The translations under genes and the position numbers were made by a program. DNA of 64,000 nt from Thermoplasmata archaeon (GTDB taxonomy: Archaea > Thermoplasmatota > Thermoplasmata > RBG-16-68-12 > JAFNFQ01), in assembly GCA_041489255.1 (NCBI GenBank), contig JBGPQV010000010.1:1-64000 (forward strand). Direction: 5' to 3'. The notes below the pieces were generated by a model. The model did not search any database, had not been told where the DNA came from, and saw only the letters and a list, made by a program, of their open reading frames with translations. Position 1 is the first letter of the stretch, and each line of letters opens with the position of its first letter. This document shows, one piece after another, positions 56,874 through 64,000 of this stretch.

Positions 56874-57575
56874 ATGGAACTGGTGCAAACCTTCGTCGGA
56901 GGCTTCGATGAAGTCCTTGGCGGGGGAATTCCGAAGGGGAGCATAGTCCTAGTGTGCGGCAGCCCTGGCACGATGAAGACCAGCCTCGCCTTCTCGATTG
57001 CTTACAACAACATCAAGAACAATGGCTCGAAGGGGCTCTACATCTCGCTAGAGGAGAGCACGGACGATCTCAAGACCGACATGGAGAACATGGGGCTGTC
57101 GGGACTGGACAAGATGGACCTGCACATCCTCGATGTCGGGAAGATCCGCCTCGAGCACAAGGAAGAGGAGATGTCAAAGAACTGGCTCGAGGTCCTGATG
57201 AAGTACATCGAGCACAGGGTCGGCGTGAACAAGTTCGACATAGTCGTGATCGACTCCCTGGCGGCGCTGTACGCCCTGACGAAGTTCTCCAATCCGAGGC
57301 GCGAACTGTTCCACTTCTTCGGGTTCCTGAAGGAGCTCGGCGCGACGGTGCTGCTCATCTCGGAGATACCTTCCGGTCAGAGCAAATTGGCGACATATGA
57401 CGAGGACTTCCTCGCCGACGGCATCATATTCCTCAAGCAGTACGAGATGGGTGAGACCGACGTCCAGCTCAGGATCCGCTGCATCAAACTGAGAAGGCGG
57501 AAGCACAAGCACGGATATTTCGCTCTGATATACGAGAACGACAAGTTCGCGGTCACCAACGTCATCTCCGAATAG
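56874..57575 (+). CDS. KaiC/RAD55-like RecA-superfamily ATPase
   Basis: GFDEVLGGGIP, GSPGTMKTS, YISLEE, VVIDSL, EDFLADGII, KLRR. Confidence 0.9.
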   Translation: MELVQTFVGGFDEVLGGGIPKGSIVLVCGSPGTMKTSLAFSIAYNNIKNNGSKGLYISLEESTDDLKTDMENMGLSGLDKMDLHILDVGKIRLEHKEEEMSKNWLEVLMKYIEHRVGVNKFDIVVIDSLAALYALTKFSNPRRELFHFFGFLKELGATVLLISEIPSGQSKLATYDEDFLADGIIFLKQYEMGETDVQLRIRCIKLRRRKHKHGYFALIYENDKFAVTNVISE

Positions 57576-57649
57576 GCGGTATCAGAATCGGTAATGAGAA
57601 CCGACTCATCGCTCCTTAATAACTTCACAACGGTGAGAGCATCCAGCAC

Positions 57650-58396
57650 ATGACGGACGGCTTTTCTCTTCTGTCGACCTATGTCGAAGGTCTCGACAAG
57701 GCGCTTGGTGGTGGAATCCCCAAGGGCAGCACGGTCGTGGTGGCGGGCACGCCAGGCACCATGAAGACCTCCCTTGTCTTCAACATGCTCTACCACAACT
57801 GCTTTCACGGTTCCAGGGCCCTGTACATCACGCTCGAGCAGAGCGCGGAAAACCTCAAGATCGCCATGAAGCGGTTCGGCTTGGGCGATTTCAACGAATC
57901 ACAGATCTACATAGTCGACATCGGGAGGCTTAGGCTGGAGCTGAGCAAGAAGGAAGTCACCAGGGACTGGATCGACATCCTCGTCGAGATTGTGAAAGAG
58001 GCTGTCAACACCAACCACTACGATCTGCTGGCCCTGGATTCCCTCGACGCCCTCTATTCCCTGATGGGGCTTCACAACCCGCGGCGGGAGCTCTTCCATC
58101 TGTTCGGCGCTCTGAAGGAATTCGGCCTCACGGTCTTCCTGATAGGGGAGGTCCCCTTCGGCTCAAGCCAGATCGCCCAGTTCGGCGAGGATTTCCTGGC
58201 CGACGGCATCCTGTATCTGAAGCACGTGGAGCTGAACGAGTCGGACGTCGAGCTCAGGCTGAGGTGCGTCAAGATGAGGATGGTCGATACTGAGCACTCC
58301 TCCTTCACGCTGCTCCACGACGGCGGCAATTTCTCGGTCGTCAAGTCGATCCCGAAGTCGCGCGAGTCCGAGCAGCGGGTTGTCCTGAACGTGTGA
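57650..58396 (+). CDS. KaiC/RAD55-like RecA-superfamily ATPase
   Basis: GLDKALGGGIP, GTPGTMKTS, YITLEQ, LDSL, EDFLADG, KMR. Confidence 0.9.
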   Translation: MTDGFSLLSTYVEGLDKALGGGIPKGSTVVVAGTPGTMKTSLVFNMLYHNCFHGSRALYITLEQSAENLKIAMKRFGLGDFNESQIYIVDIGRLRLELSKKEVTRDWIDILVEIVKEAVNTNHYDLLALDSLDALYSLMGLHNPRRELFHLFGALKEFGLTVFLIGEVPFGSSQIAQFGEDFLADGILYLKHVELNESDVELRLRCVKMRMVDTEHSSFTLLHDGGNFSVVKSIPKSRESEQRVVLNV

Positions 58397-60263
58397 GTTC
58401 GTCTTTAGTCTCGGCAAAGAAGGATGCAATGTCGTTGATGAACTCGATCTTCGTCTTCATATCCGGGAGGGAATCCCGAAACCTTCTTGCGCGGGCGTCG
58501 AGCACGACCGCGACGCCCCTGTCAGTCTCGCTTCGGATCAACCGCCCAATCGCCTGCATGAGCTTCCTTCGTGTCGGGGCCTCGACGGCGTACTCCCAGC
58601 CCCTCTGGAACTTCGCGTCGTAGAAGTTGACGATCGACTTGAGTTTGGCCGTCGGCTTGGGGTACGGCACGCCGACGAGCACAGCCAGTTCGAGGTCCTC
58701 GGCGGGGAAATCCATACCCTCGCTGATCCTCCCGCCAAAGACCGAGAAGAGCACCGCGTTGTCCGCCCTGAATCGTTCGACGAGCTCCATCAGGTCCGAT
58801 TGCTCCATGTTCTGCTCCTCGACATAGAGCGGCCTCTGCAGTTCGCCCCTGATGTCCAGGAACTGCCTCATCAGGTCGTGGGAGGGGAAGAACACTGCGG
58901 TGTTCCTCTCGACAGCGAGCAGAATCCTGAGCAGTTCGTCCTTCAGCCGGGCAATCGCCGAGGGATCCGCAGTCAAGACCTCGTATTTCGTCGTGAGTCC
59001 CTCCGCCACGAGCACCAGCCTGTTCTCCGGAGGGAATGGGCTCGGGAACCTCCTCAGCAAGGTCTCTGGCGGGAGGCCGACCGAATCCCTGTATTCCTCG
59101 AGCGGCGTCAGCGTCCCCGACATGTGGATCGAGGCCCAGCAATCGTTGACGGCCTTGGTCACCTCGGACGGATCCAGGCAGGAGCATTCCAGCGCCGGGT
59201 TGTCGCCGCCGGTGACCAGCCTTACGTATTCCCACCCCTCCTCGTTGAACCAGAAGAGCAGGAAGGAGCCGAGGGCTCCGATGTATGACCTGGGGATCCT
59301 GCCCGCCATCACCTTCTGCTCCCTCACTATCTCTCCTTGGACGATCATGTTCTGAGCCATGCGCTTGACGCGCGTGCTGGTCGTGCCGAATGCGCTCATC
59401 AGGGCTTCTTCAAGCGCGGACGGAGGCAACAGGCCGTCCTCGTCCCTCACGTATTCCTCGGCCAAGTCGACGAGCACATTCTTCGCGAGATCGACGACAT
59501 CGGTGATGGAGACACCATCGGAGACCTCTGGATCCCCGAACTCCTCGGTCTCGATCATTGCGTTCCTCAGGGCGAACAGGCTCATTCTCGCGGAGCCGAG
59601 CATCCTCGCGTAATCGGGGAGGTTGTGTGCCTCATCCACGATGAGCACTATGTCCTCGAGCGGAACCGCCATCCACCGCAGCAGCGCATGACGCAGTCTC
59701 GGATTGAAGAAGTAGATGTAGGGAGCGGTGACCACCTTCACTTGCGGGAGCAGGGACTTGGTGAACTCATAGGGGCAGACGCCAGCGGTCCCGCAACGCG
59801 CTCGGACCTCCTCGGCGGTCGGAGTCTCCTGCAAGGCCCATTGCCTGAGTCCTTCGCTTTCACCGAAAGTCAGCTTGTGATAGTACTTGCATCCCTCCTC
59901 GCCCCTCAGTGTCCTCGCCTTCCGGTCTTGGCAGGCCCTGGAGAGTTCCTCGGCAGCCGCATTCCGGAATTCCCCATCGGTATGCAGGAGCGGGCAGAGG
60001 TTGTGGCGACCCTGAAGCGCGGCGGTCTTGAGACCGAGCTTCCTCGCCTCAAGGATGACCTGGCGCTGTTGCGAATTCGTTCGCACGAGGTAGAGAACAG
60101 ACTTGTCGCCCGCCAGAGCCTCCGAGCCGGCTGCGTACAGCGCGCAGACGGTTTTCCCGATTCCAGTCCCCGCCTCCAGGACGATGTGTCGCCCGTGCAC
60201 CGCCTCGGTCAGCGCATCCACGACATCCTTCTGCGATCTCCGAAAAGAGTACGGGAACTCCAT
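58341..60263 (-). CDS. xpd: XPD/Rad3/DinG family Fe-S DNA helicase
   Basis: EAGTGIGKT, four Fe-S Cys (LCP, ACQ, GCKY, CPYE), DEAHN, SGT, QAIGRLIR. Confidence 0.92.
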   Translation of the reverse strand: MEFPYSFRRSQKDVVDALTEAVHGRHIVLEAGTGIGKTVCALYAAGSEALAGDKSVLYLVRTNSQQRQVILEARKLGLKTAALQGRHNLCPLLHTDGEFRNAAAEELSRACQDRKARTLRGEEGCKYYHKLTFGESEGLRQWALQETPTAEEVRARCGTAGVCPYEFTKSLLPQVKVVTAPYIYFFNPRLRHALLRWMAVPLEDIVLIVDEAHNLPDYARMLGSARMSLFALRNAMIETEEFGDPEVSDGVSITDVVDLAKNVLVDLAEEYVRDEDGLLPPSALEEALMSAFGTTSTRVKRMAQNMIVQGEIVREQKVMAGRIPRSYIGALGSFLLFWFNEEGWEYVRLVTGGDNPALECSCLDPSEVTKAVNDCWASIHMSGTLTPLEEYRDSVGLPPETLLRRFPSPFPPENRLVLVAEGLTTKYEVLTADPSAIARLKDELLRILLAVERNTAVFFPSHDLMRQFLDIRGELQRPLYVEEQNMEQSDLMELVERFRADNAVLFSVFGGRISEGMDFPAEDLELAVLVGVPYPKPTAKLKSIVNFYDAKFQRGWEYAVEAPTRRKLMQAIGRLIRSETDRGVAVVLDARARRFRDSLPDMKTKIEFINDIASFFAETKDELTRSGQPAARTRATSGST

Positions 60264-60466
60264 CGCAGCCGCCATTCATTGAGAGTAGTAGTCCGCATCG
60301 GTGGGGTCTGCGAAAGTGAGACGCTCCTGACCGGGAAGCTTGACAGCATTGGCGCGCGGTCCCATGGACGGAATGCGGGGCGGCCAGGGCATCGACAAGT
60401 GGACCGAGTTCGGAGCTAGCCCAGGTCAATCGCGGCGTTGTTATTCGGAAGAAAAGGCTGAGTGCC

Positions 60467-60781
60467 ATGCTCAATGAGGCAAAGCCCCTATGCACCACGA
60501 GAGACGGGGAACCCTACATCTTCGATTTGGGCATTCTCAAGCGTCTGGCGGCGGTGCTGCGCGAGGGAGAGGACCTCCAGCTCCCGATCACGCTGCACTT
60601 CTCGACGATTGCCAAGGACAGCAGTTATGCATCCGACGAGACCGCCGCGGAAGTCCTGAGGCGCCTGGAGGAATTCGGCGAGGCCTATCCATACCGCGAC
60701 GGGAAGATGCGGCTGCCGAACTCACTGGCTTACACTCTCCCGTTGAAATATCCAACTGCGATCCAAGGATTGTTTCTCTAG
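60467..60781 (+). CDS. DUF61-like hypothetical protein
   Basis: TRDGEPYIFD, LQLPITL, KYPTAIQ. Confidence 0.65.
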   Translation: MLNEAKPLCTTRDGEPYIFDLGILKRLAAVLREGEDLQLPITLHFSTIAKDSSYASDETAAEVLRRLEEFGEAYPYRDGKMRLPNSLAYTLPLKYPTAIQGLFL

Positions 60782-60787
60782 TCGCGC

Positions 60788-61219
60788 TTACGGGAGGTTC
60801 TTCGGTCTTTCCTTGCGGCCGCCCCAGAGATCCTCGGGGAACTGATCGTACACGGTGGCGTCCTTCTCCAGCGCCTCTTTCTCCTTCTGCGCCCTGACGA
60901 GCTCCGCGATGCGCTCCTTGCGGAACATCCAGTAGTGGATGCGCCACTCGCGGCCGTCGTAGAGGGTCGTCTCCTCTCTCTCCGTCGTGAGGATTCCGGA
61001 GTCCTCGAGCATGTAGAAGGCGTCTCTGTCCTCGGGCTCGAGTACGTTGTCGATGATTCTTTCAGAGTACCCGAAGAAGTTGAGAACGTGCTGGGCCATG
61101 ACCCTGGCCTCTTCGTCCTTCATCCCGGCACGGTCTATGGAATTCTTGATTGCACGGGTGAGGTCATCGACAGTAAGCGTCCCTGCCACCCCCCTACCCG
61201 TCTTGGTCTTAATCGCCAT
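60788..61219 (-). CDS. Conserved hypothetical protein (DUF6015-like)
   Basis: FFGYSERIIDNVLEPEDRDAFYMLED.GIL.TEREETTLYDGREWRIHYW. Confidence 0.8.
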   Translation of the reverse strand: MAIKTKTGRGVAGTLTVDDLTRAIKNSIDRAGMKDEEARVMAQHVLNFFGYSERIIDNVLEPEDRDAFYMLEDSGILTTEREETTLYDGREWRIHYWMFRKERIAELVRAQKEKEALEKDATVYDQFPEDLWGGRKERPKNLP

Positions 61220-61383
61220 GAAACCTACGCAACTATTGGCCGTCCGAGTTATTTATACTTAGCGTCCGTGGGACGCGTGAGTGATAATCGCGCGAAGACG
61301 AGTTGCCAGCTCGGAAAGAGCTAAATGCCAGCTGGCGATTACTGGCATTGCTGGCATAAACCCGGGGCAGGAAGGGGCGATCG

Positions 61384-62214
61384 GTGGGGACCGACAATAA
61401 CCTCGATGGTCAGGCAATGCTATTGGCCGAGTTGCGGGCGATCCGCGAGCAACTCGCGCGTCTGGAGCTCAGGGTTGACGCTCTCGCCGGCAAAGGAGCG
61501 CCGGCCGAGGCGGTCATCAGGACGTTCGTGGACGGCCTCGACGAGGGCCTCGGCGGCGGCATCCCTAGAGGACATGTGGTGATGCTTGGCGGGCCGAGCG
61601 GGACGATGAAAACGTCGCTGGCACTCTACATCATGCAGAGGAACCGCGCGGAGGATGTGAGGGGAATCTACGTTACGCTGGAGGAGAGCCGCGAGAGCCT
61701 GCTCAAGACGATGACGCGGCTCGGCATAGGCCCCGATGAGGATTTCATCGTCGACATCGGGAAGCTTCGCATGGAACATGAGTCAGCGGAGGAACCCCGC
61801 GACTGGCTCCAGATCTTGAAGGATTATCTGTCGCGGCGGCTGGAGAAGGGGACGCTCGACCTCGTAGTCATCGACCCGTTGAACTCTCTCTACGCGCTTG
61901 CGGGGATCAAGGATCCGCGGAAAGACCTGTTTCACTTCTTCGCGTTCCTGCGGGGGATCGGTGTCACGAGCATTCTCATCATGGAGGCTGAGGCCGAGGA
62001 CAGGTTCTTCCCGAATCACGAGGACTATCTCGCTGACGGTGTGTTGACTCTCGACTTCCCCAAGAACGAGGTCGGCGAGCTCTCGCCTCGGTTGCGCTGC
62101 GTCAAGATGAGGCACACTGAGCATTCGCGCGAGCCCTTCCGTCTCACATTCGGAAATGGTCGATTCGCGGCAGACCCATGGAGCGCCAAGGCTGACAGTA
62201 ACCCTGTGCGATGA
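61384..62214 (+). CDS. KaiC/RAD55-like ATPase with N-terminal coiled coil
   Basis: GLDEGLGGGIP, GPSGTMKTS, YVTLEE, VVIDP, EDYLADG, KMR. Confidence 0.88.
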   Translation: MGTDNNLDGQAMLLAELRAIREQLARLELRVDALAGKGAPAEAVIRTFVDGLDEGLGGGIPRGHVVMLGGPSGTMKTSLALYIMQRNRAEDVRGIYVTLEESRESLLKTMTRLGIGPDEDFIVDIGKLRMEHESAEEPRDWLQILKDYLSRRLEKGTLDLVVIDPLNSLYALAGIKDPRKDLFHFFAFLRGIGVTSILIMEAEAEDRFFPNHEDYLADGVLTLDFPKNEVGELSPRLRCVKMRHTEHSREPFRLTFGNGRFAADPWSAKADSNPVR

Positions 62215-62227
62215 CGGAATGCGCCGC

Positions 62228-62620
62228 TCAGCCCAGCGGGCCTGCCCTGATCTTGTTCCTGTCGACCTTGATTCCCGCGGGGGTCGCGATTATGAGGTTC
62301 TTGCCGACCCCGGCGACGTCTCCGCCGGTGTCCCTCGCGACGTTCTTCAGCTCCGCGGTTATGCGCTTCAAGGCGAGGTCGTCCGAAGCAATCGCGCTGT
62401 AGTCTATGAGGAGAATGTTCCCGTTGTAAACGTGAGTCGTGAGGTCGGTGATGTCCTCGTAGCGGTACACCTCGGCGACTCTCACCATTGACTTCACTGG
62501 TTCGCCGAGCGGTCCACCGCCCTCCTCAAAAACAAGTTCTCCTAGGTCGATGTAGCCCCCTGTCTCAGCACTTCCTTCTGTCAGCTTCTTGAAGGGTTTC
62601 TTGATGAACGCCATGCCCAT
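62228..62620 (-). CDS. sepF: Cell division protein SepF
   Basis: YIDL, VYNGNILLID, GGDVAG, IIATPAGIKVDR. Confidence 0.85.
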   Translation of the reverse strand: MGMAFIKKPFKKLTEGSAETGGYIDLGELVFEEGGGPLGEPVKSMVRVAEVYRYEDITDLTTHVYNGNILLIDYSAIASDDLALKRITAELKNVARDTGGDVAGVGKNLIIATPAGIKVDRNKIRAGPLG

Positions 62621-62799
62621 CCCTTTGTCCAAGTAATCTGGCCTCGGTTATTAAAACTATCGAAGAGTCGCGAGACGCGAACGGTTCATGCGAAGTCTGG
62701 CTCGGCGATGAAACGACAGAGCGCGTTGAGTCACGAGATAGTCCTCTCATTCACTTCATGACAAGGGTTAAATGAAAGATGATGTTTGGGCCTCGCGGC

Positions 62800-63744
62800 A
62801 TGCTATACGATGTCATTATCGTAGGCGCTGGCCCAGCCGGACTCACGGCCGGGATCTTCGCGAGAGCACGCGAAATGTCAACTCTGATTCTGGAGGCAAG
62901 ACAGGCTGGCGGCCAGCTGGCGGTGCTGTATCCAACGAAGTCGGTCTACGACTACCCGGGCTACATAGCGATCGAGGCCGAGGAGCTCGGCCGGATCTTC
63001 GTCGAGCACGCGAGACTGAGCGGCTGCGAGCTCCACGAGGGGGAGGAGGTCACCGAGCTCAAGAGGAAGGGCGAGCACTGGAGGGTCGGGACCACCAAAG
63101 GATACTACGAAGGGCGCTCGGTTGTCCTCGCGATGGGCATCGGTCTCTTCGAATCGAAGCGTCTGGCCGTGCCGGGGGAGGATGCGTTCGAAGGAAATGG
63201 CGTTTCCTATGGGGTGAGGGACAGGCGAGAGTACAAGGGGAAGCGGATCCTGATCGTCGGCGGCGGCTACAGCGCTCTCGAGGCGGCGCTGCAGATTGTC
63301 GTGCACGCGGCCGAGGTCTACTTGATCCACCGCAGGGAGCAGTTCAGGGCCATGGAGAAGAGCGTCGACGCCATCGCGCGGTCTCACATCAAGATCCTGA
63401 TGAACTCCGAGGTCGCGCAGATATCGGGCGACAAGGAAGTGCGTCACGTCGTGGTCTACAACAACCAGACCCTGGAGAAGCGCACGATAGACGTGGATGC
63501 GATCATAGTGCAGGTGGGTTTCGAGACCAAGTCCGGCTGGCTGAAGAAGTGGGGTCTCGAGATGGAGGGAGAAAGGCTGATCAAGGTCAAGGTGGACATG
63601 AGCACGTCGCTGCCCGGCGTCTTCGCGTGCGGCGACATAGTGTTCTACACGAGCAAGGAGAAGAGGATAGTCACGGGATGCGGCGAGGCGGTCACCGCGA
63701 TAGCGAGCGCGTACAAGTTCGTGAAGAGCCCGTATTGGGCGTGA
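62800..63744 (+). CDS. TrxR-like ferredoxin-NADP(+) reductase (no CxxC)
   Basis: GAGPAG, GGQLAVLYPTKSVYDYPG, IHRR; GVSY is not followed by CxxC. Confidence 0.8.
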   Translation: MLYDVIIVGAGPAGLTAGIFARAREMSTLILEARQAGGQLAVLYPTKSVYDYPGYIAIEAEELGRIFVEHARLSGCELHEGEEVTELKRKGEHWRVGTTKGYYEGRSVVLAMGIGLFESKRLAVPGEDAFEGNGVSYGVRDRREYKGKRILIVGGGYSALEAALQIVVHAAEVYLIHRREQFRAMEKSVDAIARSHIKILMNSEVAQISGDKEVRHVVVYNNQTLEKRTIDVDAIIVQVGFETKSGWLKKWGLEMEGERLIKVKVDMSTSLPGVFACGDIVFYTSKEKRIVTGCGEAVTAIASAYKFVKSPYWA

Positions 63745-63779
63745 GCGCTGAGCCAGAGAAGCGCATCGGATTCCAGAGA

Positions 63780-64000
63780 CTATTCCTCGTCAATCTTCCA
63801 GAGGTTGTCTCCAACGTGGTGGATGGATTTGACGGCCTTTCCAGATTCAGCCGCAATCATCTCCTCTCCCGTGAGCAACGCCTCCCCGATCGCGAGAGGC
63901 TGCTTGTTCTTCTCATCCCTCACCCAGACGAGGTCCCCGACCTTTATGGCGCGGTCCGCATCGACCACGCCGGGCGCCATGATGTCAGCGCCGTTGTAGA
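63780..64000 (-). CDS. PUA-domain RNA-binding protein (partial, 5' end outside the window)
   Basis: NGADIMAPGVV...GKAVKSIHHVGDNLW. Confidence 0.85.
   Translation of the reverse strand, partial: YNGADIMAPGVVDADRAIKVGDLVWVRDEKNKQPLAIGEALLTGEEMIAAESGKAVKSIHHVGDNLWKIDEE

Noticed and set aside
60328-60428. Possible ncRNA between xpd and the DUF61-like gene (TGACCGGG/CCCAGGTCA closing stem)
   Set aside because: No SRP, RNase P or tRNA signature; pairing is imperfect and plausible by chance at this GC content
62800-63744. Thioredoxin reductase trxB
   Set aside because: No CxxC after GVSY; the GGQL..LYP motif indicates the ferredoxin-NADP reductase subtype

Overview
GC-rich archaeal chromosomal segment, most likely from a Thermoplasmata-related lineage (CDP-archaeol synthase carS, archaeal Elp3, XPD, SepF, DUF61- and DUF6015-like genes, TATA-box promoters). 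The left ~37 kb is accessory. It holds (i) anaerobic aromatic-catabolism genes: a bzd-type class I benzoyl-CoA reductase operon bzdNOPQ-ferredoxin-bzdV led by a tiny AbrB-like gene and a GNAT, a Had-like dehydrogenase, CoA ligases, a CoA-transferase-fold pair lacking the usual catalytic Glu, and a tungsten AOR cluster; (ii) an arsenic/redox island (gcvH-DGC-DGC-osmC divergent from trx-acr3-arsR); (iii) several giant modular surface proteins, plus an orphan copy of one membrane-anchor tail; and (iv) a DUF6266-like gene preceded by an eight-unit 11-bp phased repeat array. The right part is mostly housekeeping. It also contains a four-gene cluster (43.2-50.2 kb) of single-pass membrane proteins with cytoplasmic longin-like domains, two carrying DUF11 ectodomains, followed by a Rab-like small GTPase, and three KaiC/RAD55-like ATPases. 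I found no rRNA, tRNA, CRISPR array or transposase. All family assignments come from motif recognition by eye, not from database searches.
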